Below the pieces are notes generated by a model. That model did not search any database. It had not been told where the DNA came from and worked only from the letters and a program-made list of their open reading frames with translations. The translations under genes were made by a program, and so were the position numbers. Of a stretch of 64,000 nt of DNA, positions 20,846 to 30,337 are shown one piece after another (within the stretch, counting starts at the first letter, position 1; each line of letters starts with the position of its first letter). The stretch covers positions 480,001-544,000 of the forward strand of contig OZ220744.1 of the NCBI GenBank assembly GCA_965116925.1, in the 5' to 3' direction. Origin of the DNA: Candidatus Poribacteria bacterium. Its GTDB lineage: Bacteria; Poribacteria; WGA-4E; PCPOR2b.

Positions 20846-23146
20846 CTACTTCCCGTTGCCGTGCAACGCGTCTACAACCTTCTCCGGTTTCATTGGAAGT
20901 TCGGTAATCCGGATACCAACCGCGTCGGCGACAGCGTTTGCCATCGTTGCCAGCGTTGGGGTGATTGGCGGTTCACCGACACCCTTTGCACCGAATGGAC
21001 CATCGGGTGCTTCTACTTCGACGATCACTGACTCAACGGTGGGGAGATCCGCGGTGGTTGGCACACGATAATCGACGAAGCCCGGATTCACGTTGCCTTC
21101 CTCGTTATACTGCATCTCCTCCATGGTCGCCCAAGCGTAGCCTTGCACAGCACCCCCTTCAATCTGTCCTTCAACCGCCATCGGGTTGATAGCGAAACCG
21201 ACATCCTGTGAGGCTGCCATCTTCAGCACCTTGATCCTGCCGGTCTCTGAATCGATTTCGACTTTAGCGATTTGTGCGGCAAGGGCAGGTGTCGAAGGCT
21301 TTCGAGCAAAGGAGCCTTTGCCGACGATGGGTCCACCTGTTGTTGAGAGGCTGTATGCTGCCAATTCACCGAATCCGATTGACTTCGGTGGGTCGCCCAC
21401 GACGGTTGAAACCTTACCATCTTTGAGTTCGAGGGATTCAACGTCGGTGTTCAACCGCTCGGCGGCGAGTTCAAGGAGGCGTCTCCGCGTATCCTCTGCA
21501 GCGAGCTTGGCGGTATTGCCCATTGTAAAGGTGACAACACTGCCGCCGGAACCTGTGGCATAGGGTGCTGAATTGGTGTCACCGCGCGAGATTGTGACCT
21601 CCTCATAAGGAAGGGTCAGGATTTCGGCGACAATTTGGGCAAGTGCCGTATCTGTGCCGGTGATATCCATCGAGCCGTGGAAGATTCGTGCGCTTCCATC
21701 TTCGTGGATAGAGACGAACATCCCACCGGGCCCACAACCGTTTGTCCAATCACCAATTGCCACGCCCCACCCTTGATTGGGTCCTTTCGTGCGGTTCTTC
21801 CAATCCACCGCATCGGCGACCGCTTGTAGGGTTTCCTTATAACCGACCTTTGGCTCATTCGGTCCTGCGGGCACTGGGTCACCCTCGACCCGCATATTTT
21901 TGAGGCGAAATTCAACCGGATCTAGGTTGAGTTTACGGGCGATATCGTCAAGCTGGGATTCACCGGCAAACGCGACCTGCGGCGTTCCTGGTGCGCGATA
22001 AGCAGCGGTGCCGGACTTATTTGTGTAGACACCATACGCATCAACCTTCAGGTGGGGGAACTTATAGACGCCACGCAGGCGGATGGTGCTACCGATTGAG
22101 GCTCCCGATACGGAACCGGAATCCCAGAAAGCCAGTCCTTCGCGGGCGAGGATTGTGCCGTCGTTCTTCACGCCGGTCTTCAACTTAATCACACAACCCG
22201 GTGCCGGACGACCATCGGTAAACTCCTCTTCGCGGGTCATCTGAATCTTCACTGGACGACCTGTCTTTTGGGAGAGGAGAACAGCGGGAACATGCGTCAA
22301 CGCGACACCAAAGCGTCCACCAAACCCACCGCCCATTGTCGTCGCAACGACATTAATCTGATTGAGCGGAATGCCGAGTGTGCCTGCGATACCGGATCGG
22401 ATGGCGAAGGGACCTTGGGTGCTTGCCCAAACTGTTACTTTTCCAGTGGAATCGGCATCAGCAACAGAAACGTGTGGCTCCATGTAGGTCTGATGTACCC
22501 GTGGGATGACATACGTATCTTCCACAACCAGATCCGATTCTGCGAAGCCTTGTTCTATATCCCCGGCGGCGGAGTGCGTTTCGGCAGAGATATTGTAATA
22601 GACATCGTCTTCAGTGGCTTCCAACTGTGCGTTTAACTCAGCAATCCTTGCGCTGTGGTCTGCTGGCGACTTATCCCGCTCAAGTTTTCTCAATTCGGCT
22701 CTAATCGCTCGCCGGGCGGGTCCATCCTTCGTATCATCGCTCTGTAGGCGTGGCGCGCCCGGCTGAATGGCTTCCATCACATCCTGAACGGCGGGCAGCA
22801 CTTCGTAGTCGATTTTGACCAGATCCGCAGCTTCTTCCGCAATGTCCGGATCCGTTGCTGCAACGGCTGCAATCGGTTCACCGAGATAGAGGACTTTGTC
22901 GGTAGCAAAGACTCGTCGTCCGCTCTCGACATCATCTTGGGTGACAATCGCTCGTACGCCGGGCAGTTTTTCAGCTTCGCTCGTATCAATATTTAGGATC
23001 TTTGCGTGTGGATGTTCGCTGCGCACAAATTTACCGTGAAGCATACCGGGCAGATTGACATCTCCCCCATACTGCGCCGCACCGGTCACTTTTTCAAGTG
23101 CGTCAACTCTCGGTACTCTTTTACCAAGAACTGTATATTCTGACAT
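20846..23146 (-). CDS. xanthine dehydrogenase family molybdopterin-binding (large) subunit
   Basis: RVDALEKVTG, MGGGFGG, AYRAPG, VEGQIEGG, GAKGVGEPP. Start at ATG 23146 (AAGGAG RBS). Confidence 0.93.
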   Translation of the reverse strand: MSEYTVLGKRVPRVDALEKVTGAAQYGGDVNLPGMLHGKFVRSEHPHAKILNIDTSEAEKLPGVRAIVTQDDVESGRRVFATDKVLYLGEPIAAVAATDPDIAEEAADLVKIDYEVLPAVQDVMEAIQPGAPRLQSDDTKDGPARRAIRAELRKLERDKSPADHSARIAELNAQLEATEDDVYYNISAETHSAAGDIEQGFAESDLVVEDTYVIPRVHQTYMEPHVSVADADSTGKVTVWASTQGPFAIRSGIAGTLGIPLNQINVVATTMGGGFGGRFGVALTHVPAVLLSQKTGRPVKIQMTREEEFTDGRPAPGCVIKLKTGVKNDGTILAREGLAFWDSGSVSGASIGSTIRLRGVYKFPHLKVDAYGVYTNKSGTAAYRAPGTPQVAFAGESQLDDIARKLNLDPVEFRLKNMRVEGDPVPAGPNEPKVGYKETLQAVADAVDWKNRTKGPNQGWGVAIGDWTNGCGPGGMFVSIHEDGSARIFHGSMDITGTDTALAQIVAEILTLPYEEVTISRGDTNSAPYATGSGGSVVTFTMGNTAKLAAEDTRRRLLELAAERLNTDVESLELKDGKVSTVVGDPPKSIGFGELAAYSLSTTGGPIVGKGSFARKPSTPALAAQIAKVEIDSETGRIKVLKMAASQDVGFAINPMAVEGQIEGGAVQGYAWATMEEMQYNEEGNVNPGFVDYRVPTTADLPTVESVIVEVEAPDGPFGAKGVGEPPITPTLATMANAVADAVGIRITELPMKPEKVVDALHGNGK

Positions 23147-23293
23147 GAACAATCTCCTTTTTAGAATGGAACGTGATGAGTGAGGTATCGGGATTTGGAA
23201 ATCCCTCCTACAGAAAGACTAAATGACCCTAATGGGTATTGGGATTCGGAAATCCTTCCTACATAAAACCTCACCCTTAACGGGCAGTGGGCA

Positions 23294-23770
23294 TCATGAA
23301 TTGCGCATAACTTCCGCTGCACTCATCACAGCTTCAATGATCTTCGTATACCCTGTGCACCGGCAGATGTTGTTACCAAGTGCGTGTCTTATCTCTGCTT
23401 CGGTCGCGTTGGGATTTTCATCGAGAAATGCTTTGGACGCTACGATGAATCCCGGCGTGCAGAAGCCACACTGGTATCCCCCTTTGTCCATAAACGCTTG
23501 CTGGATGGGGTGCAGTTCATCTCGGCTTGCCAGTCCCTCTACCGTTGTGATTTCCTTGCCGTTGGCACTGACACCAAGCATCATACAAGATGTTACCGCT
23601 TTTCCGTCTACAATGACTGTACACGCACCACAATCGCCGGTACTACACCCTTCTTTGGTACCCGTTAAACCGATTGTGTCACGAAGGGTCGCTAACAATG
23701 TTTTTCTCGGTTCAATCAACAGATCATATGTATCAGTGTTGACTGTTAAACTCACTGGATGCTTCTTCAT
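23294..23770 (-). CDS. xanthine dehydrogenase family 2x[2Fe-2S] (small) subunit
   Basis: GTKEGCSTGDCGACTV, QCGFCTPG, NICRCTGY. Confidence 0.93.
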   Translation of the reverse strand: MKKHPVSLTVNTDTYDLLIEPRKTLLATLRDTIGLTGTKEGCSTGDCGACTVIVDGKAVTSCMMLGVSANGKEITTVEGLASRDELHPIQQAFMDKGGYQCGFCTPGFIVASKAFLDENPNATEAEIRHALGNNICRCTGYTKIIEAVMSAAEVMRNS

Positions 23771-23885
23771 AGGGTTATCCTTTCTGTTCTTCAAATAAGG
23801 CTCGGGAATGAGTCTAAAATAGATATGACATTCTGATTTTTTACACGTCCGATAAATTGGGCTTTCGCTGAACTTAACCTGCTGA

Positions 23886-24752
23886 TTAGCCTTGTGCGCG
23901 GTCGGCTGCGGCTTGAAGTGTCCGCCGGGTTAAAACACCAACCATTTCTCGACGATGTTCTGCCGAACACCGCAAGTCTGAAATGGGGCTCGATTGCGCT
24001 GAAGCAGCTGTAGCAGCTTGTTCTAACAGTTCTGCTGTCAGGGAATTTCCATTTACAATAGCTTCTGCATCGGTAGCTCGGAGCGGTGTGGGGGCAACAG
24101 CGGCAAGACCGATCTTGACATCTGATACGGTGCCGTTATTGGTTTTCGCGGATGATGCCACGCCGACGAAGGCAAGATCCATCACCTCTCTGATTTTCTG
24201 CTTGATGTACTGTGAACCTTCATTCGTACCGCGGGGCGGACATTCAAACCCTGTAACAATCTCCCCAGTTTCTAATACGGTTTGCCCTGGACCTAAAAAG
24301 AAGGTTTCAATGGGCACAGTACGCTCACCATCGGCACTAGCAATACTAACCTGTGCGCCAAGTGCTAGCAGGGGTGCTGCAGTATCTGCAGCGGGGGAAC
24401 CGTGACTAATGTTACCTCCTATTGTTGCAAGGTGGCGAATCTGGACACCGCCAACCTCACCGGCACCTTCGGCAAGGGCAGTATAGCGTTCACGGATTGT
24501 TGGATCTTTTTCGAGTGTGCGCATCTTCGTTAGTGCCCCGATTCGTAGGCCAGTTCCTTCATCGTAGTCAATGCCCACCAATCCGGGAATTTTTTCTAAG
24601 CTAATAACATACTCAGGCATCGCTGTCCGTGCCTTCATTTCTATAATGAGATCTGTTCCACCGGCTAAGAGCTTCGCTTTGCCGGTGTATTGTGTCAGCA
24701 GGGCTGACGCTTCCTCAATAGTTGTTGGTTCAAAAAACTCAAAGTTCCTCAA
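23886..24752 (-). CDS. xanthine dehydrogenase family FAD-binding (medium) subunit
   Basis: LLAGGTDL, ATIGGNI, SPAAD; TTG start at 24752 with GGAGG RBS. Confidence 0.92.
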   Translation of the reverse strand: MRNFEFFEPTTIEEASALLTQYTGKAKLLAGGTDLIIEMKARTAMPEYVISLEKIPGLVGIDYDEGTGLRIGALTKMRTLEKDPTIRERYTALAEGAGEVGGVQIRHLATIGGNISHGSPAADTAAPLLALGAQVSIASADGERTVPIETFFLGPGQTVLETGEIVTGFECPPRGTNEGSQYIKQKIREVMDLAFVGVASSAKTNNGTVSDVKIGLAAVAPTPLRATDAEAIVNGNSLTAELLEQAATAASAQSSPISDLRCSAEHRREMVGVLTRRTLQAAADRAQG

Positions 24753-24831
24753 TGTGATGACCTCCCTGAAAATACGAGGCATCCCGCGCCTCGCAAAATG
24801 GTTGACCCTGAACATAGTTTGACATGACTAA

Positions 24832-24860
24832 AGCATACCAAATCTGGTTGGGGTTGTCAA
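24832..24860 (-). promoter_or_regulatory. sigma70-type promoter of the molybdoenzyme operon
   Basis: TTGACA (24860-24855), 17-nt spacer, TATGCT (24837-24832) with TGn extension. Confidence 0.7.
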
Positions 24861-25121
24861 CTCTTTAATAGTTGCATCTAGGGTCATTTAATTCTCCCGT
24901 AGTTCGATCTCCCGGTCAAGGTTACAGCGGGGCAAGATGCCCCGCCTATGGGTTCGAGTCATTCCAAAATCAGCCAAAAACCAAAAACTATAGTGAATTC
25001 AAAAAATAAAGAAACACTTGCGCCCCCATGTTTGGTAGGCGCTGTTTTCAACTGCGCCGATTTGGAGTGTCTCATTAATTCTAAAATCTACTATAAATAA
25101 CCCTAAGTTGCATCGGTTTAC

Positions 25122-26102
25122 CTATTCAATGATTAATTGATGACGATCTTTCGGTGATTCAGCAGGACAGTCTGTGTCAGCCAACCGAACTGAATTTCCG
25201 TCAAACTCAATATGTTGCTGCGTCGTAAAAATAGCACACTGATCCTCGCGTTTCAACAGATGCACGTGAATGCATCCGGAAATTCCGTAGATATTAATGA
25301 AATCATAGATAATTTTGGTTGCCTGATCTAGCTCGCTATGTTGATGGGGCGTGTACGGTCCAACCAAGACCGGCGAGCGTCCTTTGAACGTACCGAGGGA
25401 CGCCTTAGGGCGAGAATCACGAAAAAGATGTAACACACTCTTATTGGGGGGGGGGAACAGTTTATTCCAAGCCCTTTTTAAGCGACGAAACGATCCAGAT
25501 GGCGGTGCAACATAAGAGGAGAGAGAATAGGTGATATTGGTTGGTGGATCGGTGTCCGGAGGGATATACCGGCAAATGAGAAGCGGCTTTGATTTGAACG
25601 ATGCTAAAAAGTAAGCATAGCGCGCCGGTTTTTCAACGAACAAGTCGAGAAATTCCGAAAAGCTTGAAAGTTCGCGTGATTTCTGCTCTTCGCGTTGATC
25701 TCCTGTTTGAAAAGAATGTAGCCAGAATTTGAAGCGGGCGTTAATACTAGTGCGAGTTTCGCCAATGACATTTATGAGCTCGATAGCGTGTAGGTACGCG
25801 TCTTCGATAGTGCTAGCGAGATACCGGTGATTTTCGGCTGCGCGTTGTGTGATTACTTCGAGATTTTCAATGAGGCGTCTTATCTTTCTTTGGAATATAT
25901 CAAACTCCAGAGGTGCCGCGATTAAATGTTCAATCTGATCCACAAAATTATCAGATTTTTCAAAATCTTCTGCCAACAGATTCAACTCTGACAGAGTCCT
26001 TTTAAGAGCGTCCGAGGTCAACTGAGTTATTTCTGTTATTGACCTATGAGTTAATAATTGCTGAGAATTATCTGTTGCCGCTAAATTCTTCTTTTCTTTC
26101 AT
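25122..26102 (-). CDS. hypothetical protein (helical N-terminus)
   Basis: 326-codon ORF; no motif recognised; contains a C10 tract. Confidence 0.7.
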   Translation of the reverse strand: MKEKKNLAATDNSQQLLTHRSITEITQLTSDALKRTLSELNLLAEDFEKSDNFVDQIEHLIAAPLEFDIFQRKIRRLIENLEVITQRAAENHRYLASTIEDAYLHAIELINVIGETRTSINARFKFWLHSFQTGDQREEQKSRELSSFSEFLDLFVEKPARYAYFLASFKSKPLLICRYIPPDTDPPTNITYSLSSYVAPPSGSFRRLKRAWNKLFPPPNKSVLHLFRDSRPKASLGTFKGRSPVLVGPYTPHQHSELDQATKIIYDFINIYGISGCIHVHLLKREDQCAIFTTQQHIEFDGNSVRLADTDCPAESPKDRHQLIIE

Positions 26103-26244
26103 GTGAAGTTGTGCTATAATAGATTACTTATTTTAATAAGAAATAGGCTGTTCAAATGTTTCCGTCAATTGTAGCTATCAGCTGTGGAAATTATACACTA
26201 TATTGATTGAAAATAAAACAACAATTTCAACGGCACTGTTCAAC

Positions 26245-26363
26245 CTAGTACACTGTCAGGCAAATTATGATTGTCTATATGGATTGAGACTCATAATACT
26301 TCGTAGGGGTCGGGTCACCCGATCCCCTTGTTGATATGCAAAACTTATCTGACTGAGTACTAG
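26245..26363. mobile_element. MITE family B (CTAG ends, ~22-bp imperfect TIRs, internal GTAG REP hairpin)
   Basis: 119 bp; differs from 58185-58303 at one base seen; longer variant at 53360-53788. Confidence 0.85.
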
Positions 26364-26471
26364 TGGGATTATTGACTGCGACTAGATTCATGATGATTCT
26401 TTAGTTATCTGTTAAAACGCTTTATTTTTAGGATAATCTGTCATTATAAATAAAGATTTTAAGGAGACAAC

Positions 26472-28607
26472 ATGGCAAATTGGAGTGAGTATATTGCGAG
26501 CACGCTGGATCGCCTGTCAGGCAAGCAAAAGACTTCAACACTTCCGCAAATCAGTCTGCAACCGCCCGAAACTTCTGAGGAGATCGCTATCTATGAAGGA
26601 AGGGAAACACGGCGTGAAAAGCAGGTTAAAGAACGCTTGTCGTATCAACTGTTTGAGAAAATGAGACGGCGCACCTTCAGTTGGAAATCGTATTACTACT
26701 ACGATGCGTATGATATTCCACGGATTGCAATTACAAACGAAAACGCAACGGGAACACATATTATCGAACGCCGTCACTTCCTTCCAGAGGACCGGATCAT
26801 CGAAGCGAACTTTTATACGAATTCCAATACTTCTGCCATCCTTATTGATGCTAATGATCTAGCACGCGTGAGTCAGGAATTGTTTGATCAACTCAACACT
26901 AGATCTATCAATTTCCAAATTTATAACCAGACCTATCCTTTGGAAATCTGGTTTGATAGTAATCAGAAGCAGGCCAACAAGTTTTTTCCGCTTGGTCAGC
27001 ATAAAATCTGTATAGTCGATCAACGAGCATACCTGCTGCGCCCGTTCCGGAATCTGGGTGCCGATGGGTTTACCGCTCTGTCGAATCGATTACTCGCACA
27101 AGAAGGTATCGCGGTCGATCCGAAAAGCACTATCGAATCATTGCTGATTGAGCTCGGTAGTGAGGAGCTGCTATACCACTACCAAGACGCTCTCAATCTA
27201 TATCACCAAAAAACTTCAAGGCGCCGATCTGCCGGTTCGTACGAAGATGAAGAGCAGCCCTTAATTATCACGAAAACGCGCCAACGTGGGCGTAGAGGAG
27301 ATGTGAGTCACCATTCCACTGTCGATAAAAACCGCCCTGACCCGATGCCGGATGAAATGTATGAGATGCTAGCCTTCGCTTTTGAGAAAAATTTTCCAGA
27401 AATTGAAGAGGATTTGATGCACATCAGTCTAGCAGCGTTGAGTTTGGATCGAGGAGCAGTCACTGATGGTTGTGCAATTTTGAGGGATAAGCTGTGCTCC
27501 TATACAGAGGCATCGGTGCTAGAAGAACATCAACTTGAATATCTCTATCAGTTCGTACAAAGGCTACTAGATGAAGAAGAGGAACAAGAAGAAGAGGTAT
27601 ACTCGCCCCTCGAAGATCAAGCGTATGAAGAAATCCTCGTCGAGTTGTTGGAGGGAATCCGTGACATTACAACAGATTTTCGCTACCTCCACTATCCCCC
27701 CATTACTACCCAAGTCGATTTGCTTCAAGAATCTGTCCAATCACTTTCACAAGCGTTCGAGGATGCCGAAGATAAACAACGCCGTCGTGAAATCAGCGAC
27801 AAACGTGAGATCCTGACGAAGAAAGCGTTTGAAGTTCCTAACCCCCGTACCTACACCCTTGATAGCACAAAGGAAAAAATTAGCTTTTACGGGCGGTTGT
27901 TGGAGATCCAGAAAACTGTTCACGATGTTCAAGAGCAAGCTAGCAATTCCGCTCATGATGTTGCTTTTAGTTTGGCAAAGTCTGCTTACATTTTAGTTCA
28001 ACTTCATTTGAAAGAGTTTCCAGATCTGCGCGATATTTCTAATCAACTGATCGAACTGATGCAGCGGGAATCGGACGACAATTATAAGGAATTTGAGCTT
28101 GAATTCACCAAAACGCTTGTGCAGCTTGCTACTACCCTCCATGAGAACATCAAAATCGCTCTATCGAACCAGCTAATGAAGATAACAAGCAAGTTGGAAA
28201 AGCTTTGTACCGCTAACGAACAATTCAACGAAAACAATTGGAATACAGTTTATACAGAGTTTGTCCATAGCGAGGTCGCAGCGTTTAATGATAAGGCGCG
28301 TGAGTCTGCAATTGAGAAATATGATCAAATTGCCGAACAAATTGATTACCAACTGGAGTTGATTGAAATTTTTATCAGCGGTATTAATGTTCCCGCATTG
28401 TTACCAGCACAATTGCACGAATCAGGAAAAGGGTTGCAGACCTTCCTCGTGGAACAACTGAAGAAATACTTGAACACACAAAACCTGCAACTTCAGAGTG
28501 TCCCAGGGCGTGAACATCAACTCAGATCGCTCATTAATGAGTTGATGCCTATGCAATTGGATACTCCACTTGAGCAATTGGAGTATTTTTTTAGAAGCAC
28601 TGCTTAA
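26472..28607 (+). CDS. hypothetical protein (acidic, coiled-coil-rich)
   Basis: 711-codon ORF with AAGGAG RBS; no motif recognised. Confidence 0.8.
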   Translation: MANWSEYIASTLDRLSGKQKTSTLPQISLQPPETSEEIAIYEGRETRREKQVKERLSYQLFEKMRRRTFSWKSYYYYDAYDIPRIAITNENATGTHIIERRHFLPEDRIIEANFYTNSNTSAILIDANDLARVSQELFDQLNTRSINFQIYNQTYPLEIWFDSNQKQANKFFPLGQHKICIVDQRAYLLRPFRNLGADGFTALSNRLLAQEGIAVDPKSTIESLLIELGSEELLYHYQDALNLYHQKTSRRRSAGSYEDEEQPLIITKTRQRGRRGDVSHHSTVDKNRPDPMPDEMYEMLAFAFEKNFPEIEEDLMHISLAALSLDRGAVTDGCAILRDKLCSYTEASVLEEHQLEYLYQFVQRLLDEEEEQEEEVYSPLEDQAYEEILVELLEGIRDITTDFRYLHYPPITTQVDLLQESVQSLSQAFEDAEDKQRRREISDKREILTKKAFEVPNPRTYTLDSTKEKISFYGRLLEIQKTVHDVQEQASNSAHDVAFSLAKSAYILVQLHLKEFPDLRDISNQLIELMQRESDDNYKEFELEFTKTLVQLATTLHENIKIALSNQLMKITSKLEKLCTANEQFNENNWNTVYTEFVHSEVAAFNDKARESAIEKYDQIAEQIDYQLELIEIFISGINVPALLPAQLHESGKGLQTFLVEQLKKYLNTQNLQLQSVPGREHQLRSLINELMPMQLDTPLEQLEYFFRSTA

Positions 28608-28786
28608 CCTCCATACCTAAAAAAAATAGCAAAAACTTCAAAAAAAGAACCAAAAGTGTGAAACGCAATCTGTTTTCTTTGCGTTTGATATGCGGATAGG
28701 GTCTATTATGGGCTCTTAAGGAGTTAATGAATGGAATAACAGCTCGATTTTAATCCCCCGCCCTTACTTTAACTACTTGGAGGATC

Positions 28787-30277
28787 ATGGACTTGTTACC
28801 GAAGAAATTAGAAACCTACCCCGTTAAGCCATACTTCTCTGAACAGCAGGAGCTAAATGAACGTTTGAGTGAGATTCTCCCGCCCTATATATCGGAAACA
28901 CCTCTCACTGCGCGAGGGAAGCGTCTGTTTCGGATCTTTGCCCGAATCACACTGATCATTTGTCTTCTATCTTTTTTGACACTGTGTGGATTCTTAGCGC
29001 ATCGCGCGGTGAAGGAGAAAGATACGTTCTGGTACTACCTCACAAAAAATCACAGCATTGTCCTCACCCTGACGCAAGGGAAGAAAGTACAGGACACCGC
29101 AACCTATGGTGTTCTGGAAACACTCACAACCTCCGGTAAAACAATGGAAGAGCGGCTGATTCAACTTCAGCTAGACGGATATACCCAAAGCACCGCGCAA
29201 CAAATTCCTATCATTTACGACCTAGGGGCGCAGGCGAATCACAAGAAGATCTACGAACAAGCAATTCAACCGGCGTTTGAACAAGCCTATCGAATTTGTA
29301 ACAATTTTAATCAGAAAACTGAGCAAGAAGTATACGGGATTACCACGAATGAACTGATATATCAAAAAGGATTGAGTGTCCCCGGATACAATCCGAAGGC
29401 ATTGGAACAGGTGTTATTTAATGCACGACGTTACTTCCCATTCGCGCTAATTGCCGGACGAGTTGCTGACATAGACCCATTGCTTCTGCTGAAGATTTTT
29501 GAAATTGAGACCCAATTTAATGAAATCCTGGTAGGTCCCAGTCAAACCGAAGATGGCGAAGATGATATTGGCATTGCTCAGAATAATCTTGCCGTTTTAC
29601 CTAACCTGATTCGTCATATCCTAGATCCGAGTATGCCAGCATACTCTCCCTTTTTTGAATTTCTCAGTCCTGGAGAGGAGTGGGAAACGGGAAAACAACT
29701 CACTTGGAATGAGTATTTGCCCCTATTAGAAGAAGAGCTAGCAGGGACCTACGATCATCAAAAAAATTCGACGGGCAAATATTACACGAATCTTCTGAAA
29801 GCTCCTCATATCGGCGCGCTCTTGGCAGCCTACCACATAAAACGTGATAAGACCTATCGTTTCGACGAATGTTTGGATTTTTACAGGAAAAATGCCAAAG
29901 CTCTCAAAGTTGAGCTCGATCTTAAGCAAGATCTACAGCCGTATCATTGGGCGTATTATACCTTTTACAACGGCGGGCCCAAGCGCTGGCATGTGATGAG
30001 AACATATTTGGAGATGCGCCAAAATCAAGAGTTGATTCCACCTGAGCTTCAGGAAGCTGTGGATACTATAAAGCGGCGTAACATGCAGGCACAACGGATT
30101 GGGGCTAAAAATCAATATCTGAAAAATCTCGCGTTCGACCACACTGAAGGCAAGATCGTTCAAAATGATGGACTGCTTGATTATGGTCTGTACGATTTCT
30201 CGCCAAATTTCAAACCTCGAGAGCTGATGTCTGGGCTTCCTCCCAACCTCGCTATGGCAAAAAAGATTGACGATTAG
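28787..30277 (+). CDS. membrane-anchored protein with divergent lytic transglycosylase (SLT/lysozyme-like) domain
   Basis: One TM helix near residues 48-72; IDPLLLLKIFEIETQFN (motif I, catalytic E), IGIAQ (GLMQ-like), FYNGGP (YNAG-like); GGAGG RBS. Confidence 0.65.
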   Translation: MDLLPKKLETYPVKPYFSEQQELNERLSEILPPYISETPLTARGKRLFRIFARITLIICLLSFLTLCGFLAHRAVKEKDTFWYYLTKNHSIVLTLTQGKKVQDTATYGVLETLTTSGKTMEERLIQLQLDGYTQSTAQQIPIIYDLGAQANHKKIYEQAIQPAFEQAYRICNNFNQKTEQEVYGITTNELIYQKGLSVPGYNPKALEQVLFNARRYFPFALIAGRVADIDPLLLLKIFEIETQFNEILVGPSQTEDGEDDIGIAQNNLAVLPNLIRHILDPSMPAYSPFFEFLSPGEEWETGKQLTWNEYLPLLEEELAGTYDHQKNSTGKYYTNLLKAPHIGALLAAYHIKRDKTYRFDECLDFYRKNAKALKVELDLKQDLQPYHWAYYTFYNGGPKRWHVMRTYLEMRQNQELIPPELQEAVDTIKRRNMQAQRIGAKNQYLKNLAFDHTEGKIVQNDGLLDYGLYDFSPNFKPRELMSGLPPNLAMAKKIDD

Positions 30278-30337
30278 TGCAGATGGATAGGCTTGTTGAG
30301 GATACTCCTTCCCCTCTGCAAGCCCGCTTAAATATCT

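Noticed and set aside
20846..24752. Aerobic CO dehydrogenase or selenium-dependent hydroxylase
   Set aside because: It lacks the AYxCSFR loop and cox accessory genes; nothing in the sequence links it to selenium.
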